This document shows positions 63,776 through 64,000 of a DNA stretch of 64,000 nucleotides, one piece after another. Every line of letters starts with the position of its first letter. Positions within the stretch are counted from its first letter, which is position 1. Made by a program: the position numbers and the translations under genes. The notes below the pieces were generated by a model. That model had not been told where the DNA came from and did not search any database. It saw nothing but the letters and a program-made list of their open reading frames with translations. The stretch is from Hyphochytrium catenoides (Eukaryota > Protista > Hyphochytriomycota), in assembly GCA_900088475.1 (NCBI GenBank), contig FLMG01003999.1, positions 79,694 to 143,693 on the forward strand, written 5' to 3'.

Positions 63776-64000
63776 CAGCCGTCATCATTAAAAAGTAACA
63801 ACCCAGCTTCTGGTGCCAGAAGAAATGCCGAGGCAAGCCCAGACAATAATAAATGCAGGTCTAAAGAAGAAGCAGCGGATAGTGAAGGATGTGACGACTA
63901 CCGCCGCTTGTTGACGTCGTCAGTACGATCACTTTGAGGAGGAAAAAAAGAAAGGAGAAAAAAGCAGAAAGGGCAGCTGGGGTTTGGGGGTGGTTGGTGG

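Overview
Gene-dense, intron-rich eukaryotic nuclear DNA with standard genetic code and almost all GT-AG introns. A SAR/stramenopile-like protist is my inference, not proven. I reconstructed 14 genes by hand-splicing: eIF2B-gamma (3' part), a STE11/MEKK-like MAP3K, KRR1, TMEM135, a mucin-like type I membrane protein, a stand-alone BED-finger protein, a Ser-rich hypothetical, a compact lipin, a giant USP9/24/34-like deubiquitinase (Tudor-like pair, Ubl, EF-hand, NZF), an anoctamin interrupted by an 89-N gap, an orphan secreted protein, a bacterial-type fused trehalose-6-P synthase/phosphatase with an intronless CDS, mitochondrial Lon and a TBC Rab-GAP. The intergenic spacers hold decayed fragments of unrelated cellular genes (PPR, thioredoxin, small GTPase, TPR, Ulp1 protease, Sel1, protein kinase). 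Two islands (about 17.4-19.0 kb and 63.0-64.0 kb) have decayed largely through many short, mostly 3-nt tandem duplications. This 'stutter decay' is the most unusual signal I found. Pseudogene calls come from manual motif reading and need HMM confirmation. I found no rRNA, tRNA or CRISPR.
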